Assembly (NCBI GenBank): GCA_964016885.1
Contig: OZ024743.1
Coordinates: forward strand, 140,492,001-140,556,000
Source: Eledone cirrhosa
Lineage: Eukaryota
Reading direction: 5' to 3'
DNA length: 64,000 nucleotides
This document shows positions 1 to 10,600 of this stretch, piece by piece (position 1 is the first letter of the stretch; each line of letters opens with the position of its first letter). The notes beneath the pieces were generated by a model. That model had not been told where the DNA came from. It ran no database searches and was given only the letters and a program-made list of their open reading frames with translations. Position numbers and translations under genes: made by a program.

Positions 1-1124
1 TTGGTGTTTGGTGTTTGGTGCTTGGTGTTTGTTGCTTTTTGCTTGGTGCTTGGTGCTTGGTGTTTGGTGCTGGGTGCTTGGTGCTTGGTGTTTGGTGTTA
101 TATGCTTGGTGTTTGATGCTTGGTGCTTGGTGCTTGGTGTTTGGTGTTTGGTGCTTGGTGTTTGATGCTTGGTGCTTGGTGCTTGGTGTTTGGTGCTTGG
201 TGCTTGGTGTTTGGTGCTTGGTGCTTGGTGTTTGGTGCTTGGTGTTTGGTGCTTGGTGCTTGGTGTTTGGTGGTTGGTGCTTGGTGCTTGGTGTTAGGTG
301 TTTGGTGCTTGGTGCTTGGTGTCTGGTTTTTGGTGCTTGGTGCTTGGTGTTTGGTGCTTGTTGCTGGCTGCTTGGTGTTTGGTGCTTGGTGATTGGTGCT
401 TGGTGTTTGGTGCTTGGTGTTTGGTGTTTGGTGCTTGGTGTTTGTACTTGGTGTTTGGTGCTTGGTGTTTGGTGCTAGGTGCTTGGTGTTTGGTGCTTGG
501 TGCTTGGTGTTTGGTGCCTGGTGCTTGGTGTTTGGTGTTTGGTGTTTGGTGCTTGGTGCTTGGTGTTTGGTGTTTGCTGTTTGCTGTTTGGTGTTTGTTG
601 TTTGGTGTTTGTTGTTTGGTGTTTGCTGTTTGGTGTTTGGTATTTGCTTTTTGGTGTTTGGTGTTTGATGTATGTTGTTTGGTGTTTGGTGTTTGGTGTT
701 TGGTGTTTGGTGCTTGGTGCTTGGTGTTTGGTGCTTGGTGCTTGGTGTTTAGTGCCTGGTGCTTGGTGCATGGTGCTTGGTGTTTGGTGTTTGGTGCTTG
801 GTGCTTGGAGTTTGGTGTTTGGTGCTTGGTGCTTGGTGTTTCGTGTTTCGTGTTTGGTTTTTGGTGCTTGGTGCTTGGTGCTTGGTCCTTGGTGTTTGGT
901 GCTGGGTGCATTGTGTTTGGTGCTTGGCGCTTGGTGCTTGGTGCTTGGTGTTTGGTGTTTGCTGCTTGGTGTTTGATGCTTGGTGCTTGGTGCTTGGTGT
1001 TTTGCGCTTGGTGCTTGGTGCTTGGTGTTTGGTGCTTGGTGCTTGGTGCTTGGTGTTTGTACTTGGTGCTTGGTGATTGGTGTTTGGTTCTTGGTTCTTG
1101 GTGTTTGGTGTTTGGCGTTTGGTG
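1..1124. repeat. Segment repeated at +7577 (7578-8701) and, from about position 78 onward, again at +11583
   Basis: ORFs 120/7697/11703, 393/7970/11976, 475/8052/12058 and 759/8336/12342 give identical or near-identical translations. Rare variants are shared: TTGTTGCTTTTTGC at about 29/7606 and TTTAGTGCCTGG...GCATGG at about 748/8325/12331. Confidence 0.9.
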
Positions 1125-3439
1125 CTTGGTGCTTGGTGTTTGGTGTTTGCTGTTTGCTGTTTGTTGTTTGGTGTTTGCTGTTTGGTGTTTGGTGTTTGCT
1201 TTTTGGTGCTTGGTGTTCGGTGCTTGGTGCTTGGTGTTTGGTGCTTGGTGTTCGGTGCTTGGTGCTTGGTGTTTGGTGCCTGGTGCTTGGTGCTTGGTGC
1301 TTGGTGTTTGGTGTTTGGTGCTTGGTGCTTGGAGTTTGGTGTTTGGTGCTTGGTGCTTGGTGTTTCGTGTTTCGTGTTTGGTTTTTGGTGCTTGGTGCTT
1401 GGTGCTTGGTCCTTGGTGTTTGGTGTTTGCTGCTTGGTGTTTGATGCTTGGTGCTTGGTGCTTGGTGTTTTGCGTTTGGTGCTTGGTGGTTGGTGTTTGG
1501 TGCTTGGTGCTTGGTGCTTGGTGTTTGTACTTGGTGATTGGTGTTTGGTTCTTGGTTCTTGGTGTTTGGTGTTTGGCGTTTGGTGTTTGGTGCTTGGTGC
1601 TTGGTGTTTGGTGCTTGGTGCTTGGTGTTTGGTGCCTGGTGCTTGGTGCTTGGTGTTTGGTGTTTGGTGCTTGGTGCTTGGTGCTTGGTCCTTGGTGTTT
1701 GGTGCTGGGTGCTTTGTGTTTGGTGCTTGGTGCTTGGTGTTTGGTGTTTGCTGCTTGGTGTTTGATGCTTGGTGCTTGGTGCTTGGTGTTTTGTGTTTGG
1801 TGCTTGGTTCTTGGTGTTTGGTGCTTGGTGCTTGGTACTTGGTGTTTGTACTTGGTGCTTGGTGCTTGGTGTTTGGTTCTTGGTTCTTGGTGTTTGGTAC
1901 GTGGTGCTTCGTGCTTGATGTTTGGTGTTTGGTGCTTGGTGTTTGGTGCTTGGTGCTTGGTGCTTGGTGTTAGGTGTTTGGTGCTTGGTCCTTGTTGTTT
2001 GGTGCTTGGTGTTTGGTGTTTGCTGTTTGGTGTTTGGTGTTTGGTGTTTGGTGTTTGCTGTTTGATGTCTGCTTTTTGGTGTTCAGTGTTTGCTGTATGG
2101 TGTTTGGTGTTTGCTGTTTGGTGTTTGGTCTTTGGTCCTTGGTGTTTGGTGCTTGGTGCTTGGTGTTTGGTGTTTGGTGCTTGGTGCTTGGTGTTTGGTG
2201 TTTGGTGCTTGGTGTTTGGTGTTTGGTGCTTGGTGTCTGGTGCTTGGTGTTTGGTTTTTGGTGCTTGGTGTTTGGTGTTTGGTGTTTGGTGTTTGGTGCT
2301 TGGTGCTTGGTGTTTGGTGTTTGGTGCTTGGTGTCTGGTGCTTGGTGTTTGGTGTTTGGTGTTTGGTGCTTGGTGCTTGGTGCTTGGTGTTTGGTGTTTG
2401 GTGCTTGGTGTTTGGTGCTTGGTGCTGGGTGGTTGGTGTTTGGTGCTTGGTGTTTGGTGCTGGGTGCTTGGTGTTTGGTGCTGGGTGCTTGGTGTTTGGT
2501 GCTTGGTGCTTGGTCTTTGGTGCTTGGTGTTTGGTGCTTGGTGCTTGGTGCTTGGCGTTTGGTGGTTGGTGCTTGGTGTTTGGTGCTTGGTGCTTGGTGT
2601 TTGGTTTTTGGTGCTTGGTGCTTGGTGTTTGGTGTTTGGTGCTTGCTGCTGGCTGCTTGGTGTTTGATGCATGGTGATTGGTGCTTGGTGTTGGTGCTTG
2701 GTGTTTGGTGTTTGATGCTTGGTGCTTGGTGCTTGGTGTTTGGTGCTTGGTGCTTGGTGTTTGGTGCTTGGTGCTTGGTGTTTGGTGCTTGGTGTTTGGT
2801 GCTTGGTGCTTGGTGTTTGGTGCTTGGTGTTTGGTGGTTGATGCTTGGTGCTTGGTGTTAGGTGTTTGGTGCTTGGTGCTTGGTGTTTGGTGTTTGGTGC
2901 TTGGTGTTTGGTGTTTGGTGCTTGGTGTTTGGTGCTTGGTACTTGGTGCTTGGTGCTTGGTGTTAGGTGTTTGGTGCTTGGTGCTTGGTGTCTGGTTTTT
3001 GGTGCTTGGTGCTTGGTGTTTGGTGTTTGGTGCTTGCTGCTGGCTGCTTGGTGTTTGGTGCTTGGTGATTGGTGCTTGGTGTTTGGTGTTTGGTGTTTGG
3101 TGTTTGGTGCTTGGTGATTGGTGTTTGTACTTGGTGCTTGGTGCTTGGTTCTTGGTGTTTGGTGCTTGGTGCTTGGTGTTTGGTGTTATATGCTTGGTGT
3201 TTGATGCTTGGTGCTTGGTGCTTGGTGCTTGGTGTTTGGTGTTTGGTGTTTGATGCTTGGTGCTTGGTGTTTGGTGCTTGGTGCTTGGTGTTTGTACTTG
3301 GTGCTTGGTGCTTGGTGCTTGGTGTTTGGTGCTTGGTGCTTGGTGCTTGGTCCTTGGTGCTTGGTGTTTGGTGGTTGGTGTTTGGTGCTTGGTGTTAGGT
3401 GCTTGGTGCTTGGTGCTTGGTGTTTGGTGTTTGGTGCTT

Positions 3440-6268
3440 GGTGTTTGGTGTTTGGTGCTTGGTATTTGGTGCTTGGTACTTGGTGCTTGGTGCTTGGTGT
3501 TAGGTGTTTGGTGCTTGGTGTTTGGTGCTTGGTGTTTGGTGCTTGGTGCTTGGTGCTTGGTGCTTGGTGTTTGGTGGTTGGTGTTTGGTGCTTGGTGTTT
3601 GGTGCTTGGTGTTAGGTGCTTGGTGATTGGTGCTTGGTGTTTGGTGTTTGGTGCTTGGTGTTTGGTGTTTGGTGCTTGGTGTTTGGTGCTTTTTGCTTGG
3701 TGCTTGGTGCTTGGTGTTTGGTGCTGGGTGCTTGGTGCTTGGTGTTTCGTGTTATATGCTTGGTGTTTGATGCTTGGTGCTTGGTGCTTGGTGTTTGGTG
3801 TTTGGTGCTTGGTGTTTGATGCTTGGTGCTTGGTGCTTGGTGTTTGGTGCTTGGTGCTTGGTGTTTGGTGCTTGGTGCTTGGTGTTTGGTGCTTGGTGTT
3901 TGGTGCTTGGTGTTTGGTGCGTGGTGCTTGGTGCTTGGGGCTTGGTGTTTGGTGGTTGGTGCTTGGTGCTTGGTGTTAGATGTTTGGTGCTTGGTGCTTG
4001 GTGTCTGGTTTTTGGTGCTTGGTGCTTGGTGTTTGGTGCTTGTTGCTGGCTGCTTGGTGTTTGGTGCTTGGTGATTGGTGCTTGGTGTTTGGTGCTTGGT
4101 GTTTGGTGTTTGGTGCTTGGTGTTTGTACTTGGTGTTTGGTGCTTGGTGTTTGGTGCTAGGTGCTTGGTGTTTGGTGCTTGGTGCTTGGTGTTTGGTGCC
4201 TGGTGCTTGGTGTTTGGTGTTTGGTGTTTGGTGCTTGGTGCTTGGTGTTTGGTGTTTGCTGTTTGCTGTTTGGTGTTTGTTGTTTGGTGTTTGTTGTTTG
4301 GTGTTTGCTGTTTGGTGTTTGGTGTTTGCTTTTTGGTGTTTGGTGTTTGATGTATGTTGTTTGCTGTTTGGTGTTTGGTGTTTGGTGTTTGGTGCTTGGT
4401 GCTTGGTGTTTGGTGCTTGGTGCTTGGTGTTTGGTGCCTGGTGCTTGGTGTTTGGTGTTTGGTGCTTGGTGCTTGGAGTTTGGTGTTTGGTGCTTGGTGC
4501 TTGGTGTTTCGTGTTTCGTGTTTGGTGCTTGGTGCTTGGTGCTTGGTCGTTGGTGTTTGGTGCTGGGTGCATTGTGTTTGGGGCTTGGTGCTTGGTGCTT
4601 GGTGCTTGGTGTTTGGTGTTTGCTGCTTGGTGTTTGATGCTTGGTGCTTGGTGCTTGGTGTTTTGTGTTTGGTGCTTGGTGCTTGGTGCTTGGTGTTTGG
4701 TGCTTGGTGCTTGGTGCTTGGTGTTTTGTGTTTGGTGCTTGGTGCTTGGTGTTTGGTGCTTGGTGCTGGGTGGTTGGTATTTGGTGCTTGCTGCTGGCTG
4801 CTTGCTGTTTGATGCATGGTGATTGGTGCTTGGTGTTTGGTGCTTGGTGTTTGGTGTTTGATGCTTGGTGCTTGGTGCTTGGTGTTTGGTGCTTGGTGCT
4901 TGGTGTTTGGTGCTTGGTGCTTGGTGTTTGGTGTTTGGTGTTTGGTGCTTGGTATTTGGTGCTTGGTACTTGGTGCTTGGTGTTTGGTGTTAGGTGTTTG
5001 GTGCTTGCTGTTTGGTGCTTGGTGTTTGGTGCTTGGTGCTTGGTGCTTGGTGCTTGGTGTTTGGTGGTTGGTGTTTGGTGCTTGGTGTTTGGTGCTTGGT
5101 GTTAGGTGCTTGGTGATTGGTGCTTGGTGTTTGGTGTTTGGTGCTTGGTGTTTGGTGTTTGGTGCTTGGTGTTTGGTGCTTTTTGCTTGGTGCTTGGTGC
5201 TTGGTGTTTGGTGCTGGGTGCTTGGTGCTTGGTGTTTGGTGTTATATGCTTGGTGTTTGATGCTTGGTGCTTGGTGCTTGGTGTTTGGTGTTTGGTGCTT
5301 GGTGTTTGATGCTTGGTGCTTGGTGCTTGGTGTTTGGTGCTTGGTGCTTGGTGTTTGGTGCTTGGTGCTTGGTGTTTGGTGCTTGGTGTTTGGTGCTTGG
5401 TGTTTGGTGCTTGGTGCTTGGTGCTTGGGGCTTGGTGTTTGGTGGTTGGTGCTTGGTGCTTGGTGTTAGATGTTTGGTGCTTGGTGCTTGGTGTCTGGTT
5501 TTTGGTGCTTGGTGCTTGGTGTTTGGTGCTTGTTGCTGGCTGCTTGGTGTTTGGTGCTTGGTGATTGGTGCTTGGTGTTTGGTGCTTGGTGTTTGGTGTT
5601 TGGTGCTTGGTGTTTGTACTTGGTGTTTGGTGCTTGGTGTTTGGTGCTAGGTGCTTGGTGTTTGGTGCTTGGTGCTTGGTGTTTGGTGCCTGGTGCTTGG
5701 TGTTTGGTGTTTGGTGTTTGGTGCTTGGTGCTTGGTGTTTGGTGTTTGCTGTTTGCTGTTTGGTGTTTGTTGTTTGGTGTTTGTTGTTTGGTGTTTGCTG
5801 TTTGGTGTTTGGTGTTTGCTTTTTGGTGTTTGGTGTTTGAGGTATGTTGTTTGCTGTTTGGTGTTTGGTGTTTGGTGTTTGGTGCTTGGTGCTTGGTGTT
5901 TGGTGCTTGGTGCTTGGTGTTTGGTGCCTGGTGCTTGGTGTTTGGTGTTTGGTGCTTGGTGCTTGGAGTTTGGTGTTTGGTGCTTGGTGCTTGGTGTTTC
6001 GTGTTTCGTGTTTGGTGCTTGGTGCTTGGTGCTTCGTCCTTGGTGTTTGGTGCTGGGTGCATTGTGTTTGGTGCTTGGTGCTTGGTGCTTGGTGCTTGGT
6101 GTTTGGTGTTTGCTGCTTGGTGTTTGATGCTTGGTGCTTGGTGCTTGGTGTTTTGTGTTTGGTGCTTGGTGCTTGGTGCTTGGTGTTTGGTGCTTGGTGC
6201 TTGGTGCTTGGTGTTTTGTGTTTGGTGCTTGGTGCTTGGTGTTTGGTGCTTGGTGCTGGGTGGTTGGT
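3440..6268. repeat. Direct duplication, offset 1490 bp (about 3440-4778 vs 4930-6268), with a few substitutions
   Basis: ORF pairs 3616/5106, 3774/5264, 3980/5470, 4161/5651 and 4641/6131 all differ by 1490. Private variants TTGGGGC and TAGATGT are shared. 1490 = 213x7-1, matching one 6-bp TTGTAC monomer. Confidence 0.9.
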
Positions 6269-7654
6269 GTTTGGTGCTTGGTGTTTGGTGCTGGGTGCTT
6301 GGTGTTTGGTGCTGGGTGCTTGGTGTTTGGTGCTTGGTGCTTGGTGTTTGGTGCTTGGTGCTGGGTGGTTGGTGTTTGGTGCTTGGTGTTTGGTGCTGGG
6401 TGCTTGGTGTTTGGTGCTGGGTGCTTGGTGTTTGGTGCTTGGTGCTTCGTCTTTGGTGCTTGGTGTTTGGTGCTTGGTGTTTGGTGCTTGGTGTTTGGTG
6501 CTTGGTGCTTGGTGTTTGGTGCTTGGTGCTTGGGGTTTGGTTTTTGGTGCTTGGTGCTTGGTGTTTGGTGTTTGGTGCTTGCTGCTGGCTGCTTGGTGTT
6601 TGATGCATGGTGATTGGTGCTTGGTGTTTGGTGCTTGGTGTTTGGTGTTTGATGCTTGGTGCTTGGTGCTTGGTGTTTGGTGCTTGGTGCTTGGTGTTTG
6701 GTGCTTGGTGCTTGGTGTTTGGTGCTTGGTGTATGGTGCTTGGTGTTTGGTGCTTGGTGCTTGGTGCTTGGTGCTTGGTGTTTGGTGGTTGGTGCTTGGT
6801 GCTTGGTGTTAGGTGTTTGGTGCTTGGTGCTTGGTGTTTGGTGTTTGGTGCTTGGTGTTTGGTGTTTGGTGCTTGGTGTTTGGTGCTTGGTACTTGGTGC
6901 TTGGTGCTTGGTGTTAGGTGTTTGGTGCTTGGTGCTTGGTGTCTGGTTTTTGGTGCTTGGTGCTTGGTGTTTGGTGTTTGGTGCTTGCTGCTGGCTGCTT
7001 GGTGTTTGGTGCTTGGTGATTGGTGCTTGGTGTTTGGTGCTTGGTGTTTGGTGTTTGGTGCTTGGTGATTGGTGTTTGTACTTGGTGCTTGGTACTTGGT
7101 TCTTGGTGTTTGGTGCTTGGTGCTTGGTGTTTGGTGTTATATGCTTGGTGTTTGATGCTTGGTGCTTGGTGCTTGGTGTTTGGTGTTTGGTGTTTGATGC
7201 TTGGTGCTTGGTGTTTGGTGCTTGGTGCTTGGTGTTTGTACTTGGTGCTTGGTGCTTGGTGCTTGGTGTTTGGTGCTTGGTGCTTGGAGCTTGGTGCTTG
7301 GTCCTTGGTGCTTGGTGTTTGGTGGTTGGTGTTTGGTGCTTGGTGTTAGGTGTTTGGTGCTTGGTGCTTGGTGTTTGGTGTTTGGTGCTTGGTGTTTGGT
7401 GTTTGGTGCTTGGTGTTTGGTGCTTGGTACTTGGTGCTTGGTGCTTGGTGTTAGGTGTTTGGTGCTTGGTGTTTGGTGCTTGGTGTTTGGTGCTTGGTGC
7501 TTGGTGCTTGGTGCTTGGTGTTTGGTGGTTGGTGTTTGGTGCTTGGTGTTTGGAGCTTGGTGTTTGGTGTTTGGTGCTTGGTGTTTGGTGTTTGGTGCTT
7601 GGTGTTTGTTGCTTTTTGCTTGGTGCTTGGTGCTTGGTGTTTGGTGCTGGGTGC

Positions 7655-10600
7655 TTGGTGCTTGGTGTTTGGTGTTATATGCTTGGTGTTTGATGCTTGG
7701 TGCTTGGTGCTTGGTGTTTGGTGTTTGGTGCTTGGTGTTTGATGCTTGGTGCTTGGTGCTTGGTGTTTGGTGCTTGGTGCTTGGTGTTTGGTGCTTGGTG
7801 CTTGGTGTTTGGTGCTTGGTGTTTGGTGCTTGGTGCTTGGTGTTTGGTGGTTGGTGCTTGGTGCTTGGTGTTAGGTGTTTGGTGCTTGGTGCTTGGTGTC
7901 TGGTTTTTGGTGCTTGGTGCTTGGTGTTTGGTGCTTGTTGCTGGCTGCTTTGTGTTTGGTGCTTGGTGATTGGTGCTTGGTGTTTGGTGCTTGGTGTTTG
8001 GTGTTTGGTGCTTGGTGTTTGTACTTGGTGTTTGGTGCTTGGTGTTTGGTGCTAGGTGCTTGGTGTTTGGTGCTTGGTGCTTGGTGTTTGGTGCCTGGTG
8101 CTTGGTGTTTGGTGTTTGGTGTTTGGTGCTTGGTGCTTGGTGTTTGGTGTTTGCTGTTTGCTGTTTGGTGTTTGTTGTTTGGTGTTTGTTGTTTGGTGTT
8201 TGCTGTTTGGTGTTTGGTATTTGCTTTTTGGTGTTTGGTGTTTGATGTATGTTGTTTGGTGTTTGGTGTTTGGTGTTTGGTGTTTGGTGCTTGGTGCTTG
8301 GTGTTTGGTGCTTGGTGCTTGGTGTTTAGTGCCTGGTGCTTGGTGCATGGTGCTTGGTGTTTGGTGTTTGGTGCTTGGTGCTTGGAGTTTGGTGTTTGGT
8401 GCTTGGTGCTTGGTGTTTCGTGTTTCGTGTTTGGTTTTTGGTGCTTGGTGCTTGGTGCTTGGTCCTTGGTGTTTGGTGCTGGGTGCATTGTGTTTGGTGC
8501 TTGGCGCTTGGTGCTTGGTGCTTGGTGTTTGGTGTTTGCTGCTTGGTGTTTGATGCTTGGTGCTTGGTGCTTGGTGTTTTGCGCTTGGTGCTTGGTGCTT
8601 GGTGTTTGGTGCTTGGTGCTTGGTGCTTGGTGTTTGTACTTGGTGCTTGGTGATTGGTGTTTGGTTCTTGGTTCTTGGTGTTTGGTGTTTGGCGTTTGGT
8701 GTTTGGTGCTTGGTGCTTGGTGTTTGGTGCTTGGTGCTTGGTGTTTGGTGCCTGGTGCTTGGTGCTTGGTGTTTGGTGTTTGGTGCTTGGTGCTTGGTGC
8801 TTGGAGTTTGGTGTTTGGTGCTTGGTGCTTTGTGTTTTGTGTTTGGTGTTTGGTTTTTGGTGCTTGGTGCTTGGTCCTTGGTGTTTGGTGCTGGGTGCTT
8901 TGTGTTTGGTGCTTGGTGCTTGGTGTTTGGTGTTTGCTGCTTGGTGTTTGATGCTTGGTGCTTGGTGCTTGGTGTTTTGTGTTTGGTGCTTGGTTCTTGG
9001 TGTTTGGTGCTTGGTGCTTGGTACTTGGTGTTTGTACTTGGTGCTTGGTGCTTGGTGTTTGGTTCTTGGTTCTTGGTGTTTGGTACTTGGTGCTTGGTGC
9101 TTGATGTTTGGTGTTTGGTGCTTGGTGTTTGGTGCTTGGTGCTTGGTGCTTGGTGTTAGGTGTTTGGTGCTTGGTCCTTGGTGTTTGGTGCTTGGTGTTT
9201 GGTGTTTGCTGTTTGGTGTTTGGTGTTTCGTGTTTGGTGTTTGCTGTTTGGTGTCTGCTTTTTGGTGTTTGCTGTTTGGTGTCTGCTTTTTGGTGTTTAG
9301 TGTTTGCTGTATGGTGTTTGGTGTTTGCTGTTTGGTGTTTGGTCTTTGGTGCTTGGTGTTTGGTGCTTGGTGCTTGGTGTTTGGTGTTTGGTGCTTGGTG
9401 CTTGGTGTTTGGTGTTTGGTGCTTGGTGTTTGGTGTTTGGTGCTTGGTGTCTGGTGCTTGGTGTTTGGTTTTTGGTGCTTGGTGTTTGGTGTTTGGTGCT
9501 TGGTGTTTGGTGTTTGGTGTTTGGTGCTTGGTGCTTGGTGTTTGGTGTTTGGTGTTTGGTGCTTGGTGTCTGGTGCTTGGTGTTTGGTGTTTGGTGCTTG
9601 GTGTTTGGTGTTTGGTGTTTGGTGCTTGGTGTCTGGTGCTTGGTGTTTGGTGTTTGGTGCTTGGTGTTTGGTGTTTGGTGTTTGGTGCTTGGTGCTTGGT
9701 GCTTGGTGTTTTGTGTTTGGTGCTTGGTGCTTGGTGTTTGGTGCTTGGTGCTGGGTGGTTGGTGTTTGGTGCTTGGTGTTTGGTGCTGGGTGCTTGGTGT
9801 TTGGTGCTGGGTGCTTGGTATTTGGTGCTTGGTGCTTGGTCTTTGGTGCTTGGTGTTTGGTGCTTGGTGCTTGGTGTTTGGTGCTTGGTGCTTGGTGTTT
9901 GGTGCTTGGTGCTTGGTGTTTGGTTTTTGGTGCTTGGTGCTTGGTGTTTGGTGTTTGGTGCTTGCTGCTGGCTGCTTGGTGTTTGATGCATGGTGATTGG
10001 TGCTTGGTGTTTGGTGCTTGGTGTTTGGTGTTTGATGCTTGGTGCTTGGTGCTTGGTGTTTGGTGCTTGGTGCTTGGTGCTTGGTGTTTGGTGCTTGGTG
10101 TTTGGTGCTTGGTGTTTGGTGCTTGGTGCTTGGTGCTTGGTGCTTGGTGTTTGGTGGTTGGTGCTTGGTGCTTGGTGTTAGGTGTTTGGTGCTTGGTGCT
10201 TGGTGGTTGGTGTTTGGTGCTTGGTGTTTGGTGCTGGGTGCTTGGTTTTTGGTGCTGGGTGCTTGGTGTTTGGTGCTTGGTGCTTGGTGTTTGGTGCTTT
10301 GTGTTTGGTGCTTGGTGCTTGGTGCTTGGTGTTTGGTGTTTGGTGCTTGGTGTTTGGTGCTTGGTGCTTGGTGTTTGGTTTTTGGTGCTTGGTGTTTGGT
10401 GTTTGATGTTTGGTGCTTGCTGCTGGCTGCTTGGTGTTTGATGCATGGTGATTTGTGCTTGGTGTTTGGTGCTTGGTGTTTGGTGTTTGATGCTTGGTGC
10501 TTGGTGTTTGGTGTTTGATGCTTGGTGCTTGGTGCTTGGTGTTTGGTGCTTGGTGTTTGGTGTTTGGTGCTTGGTCATTGGTGTTTCTACTTGGTGCTTG

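Noticed and set aside
95-110. TTATAT as a TATA box or -10 element
   Set aside because: It is a variant monomer copied with the array, with no downstream gene or other promoter context.
2644-2657. CTG-triplet-like tract GCTGCTGGCTGC, and Chi-like GCTGGGTGG
   Set aside because: The tract is two adjacent variant heptamers, not a triplet expansion. GCTGGGTGG does not match E. coli Chi (GCTGGTGG).
10571-10577. TTGGTCA matching the cyanobacterial STRR2 heptamer
   Set aside because: It is a rare isolated variant here. The consensus differs, and STRR arrays are short intergenic tracts rather than tens of kb.
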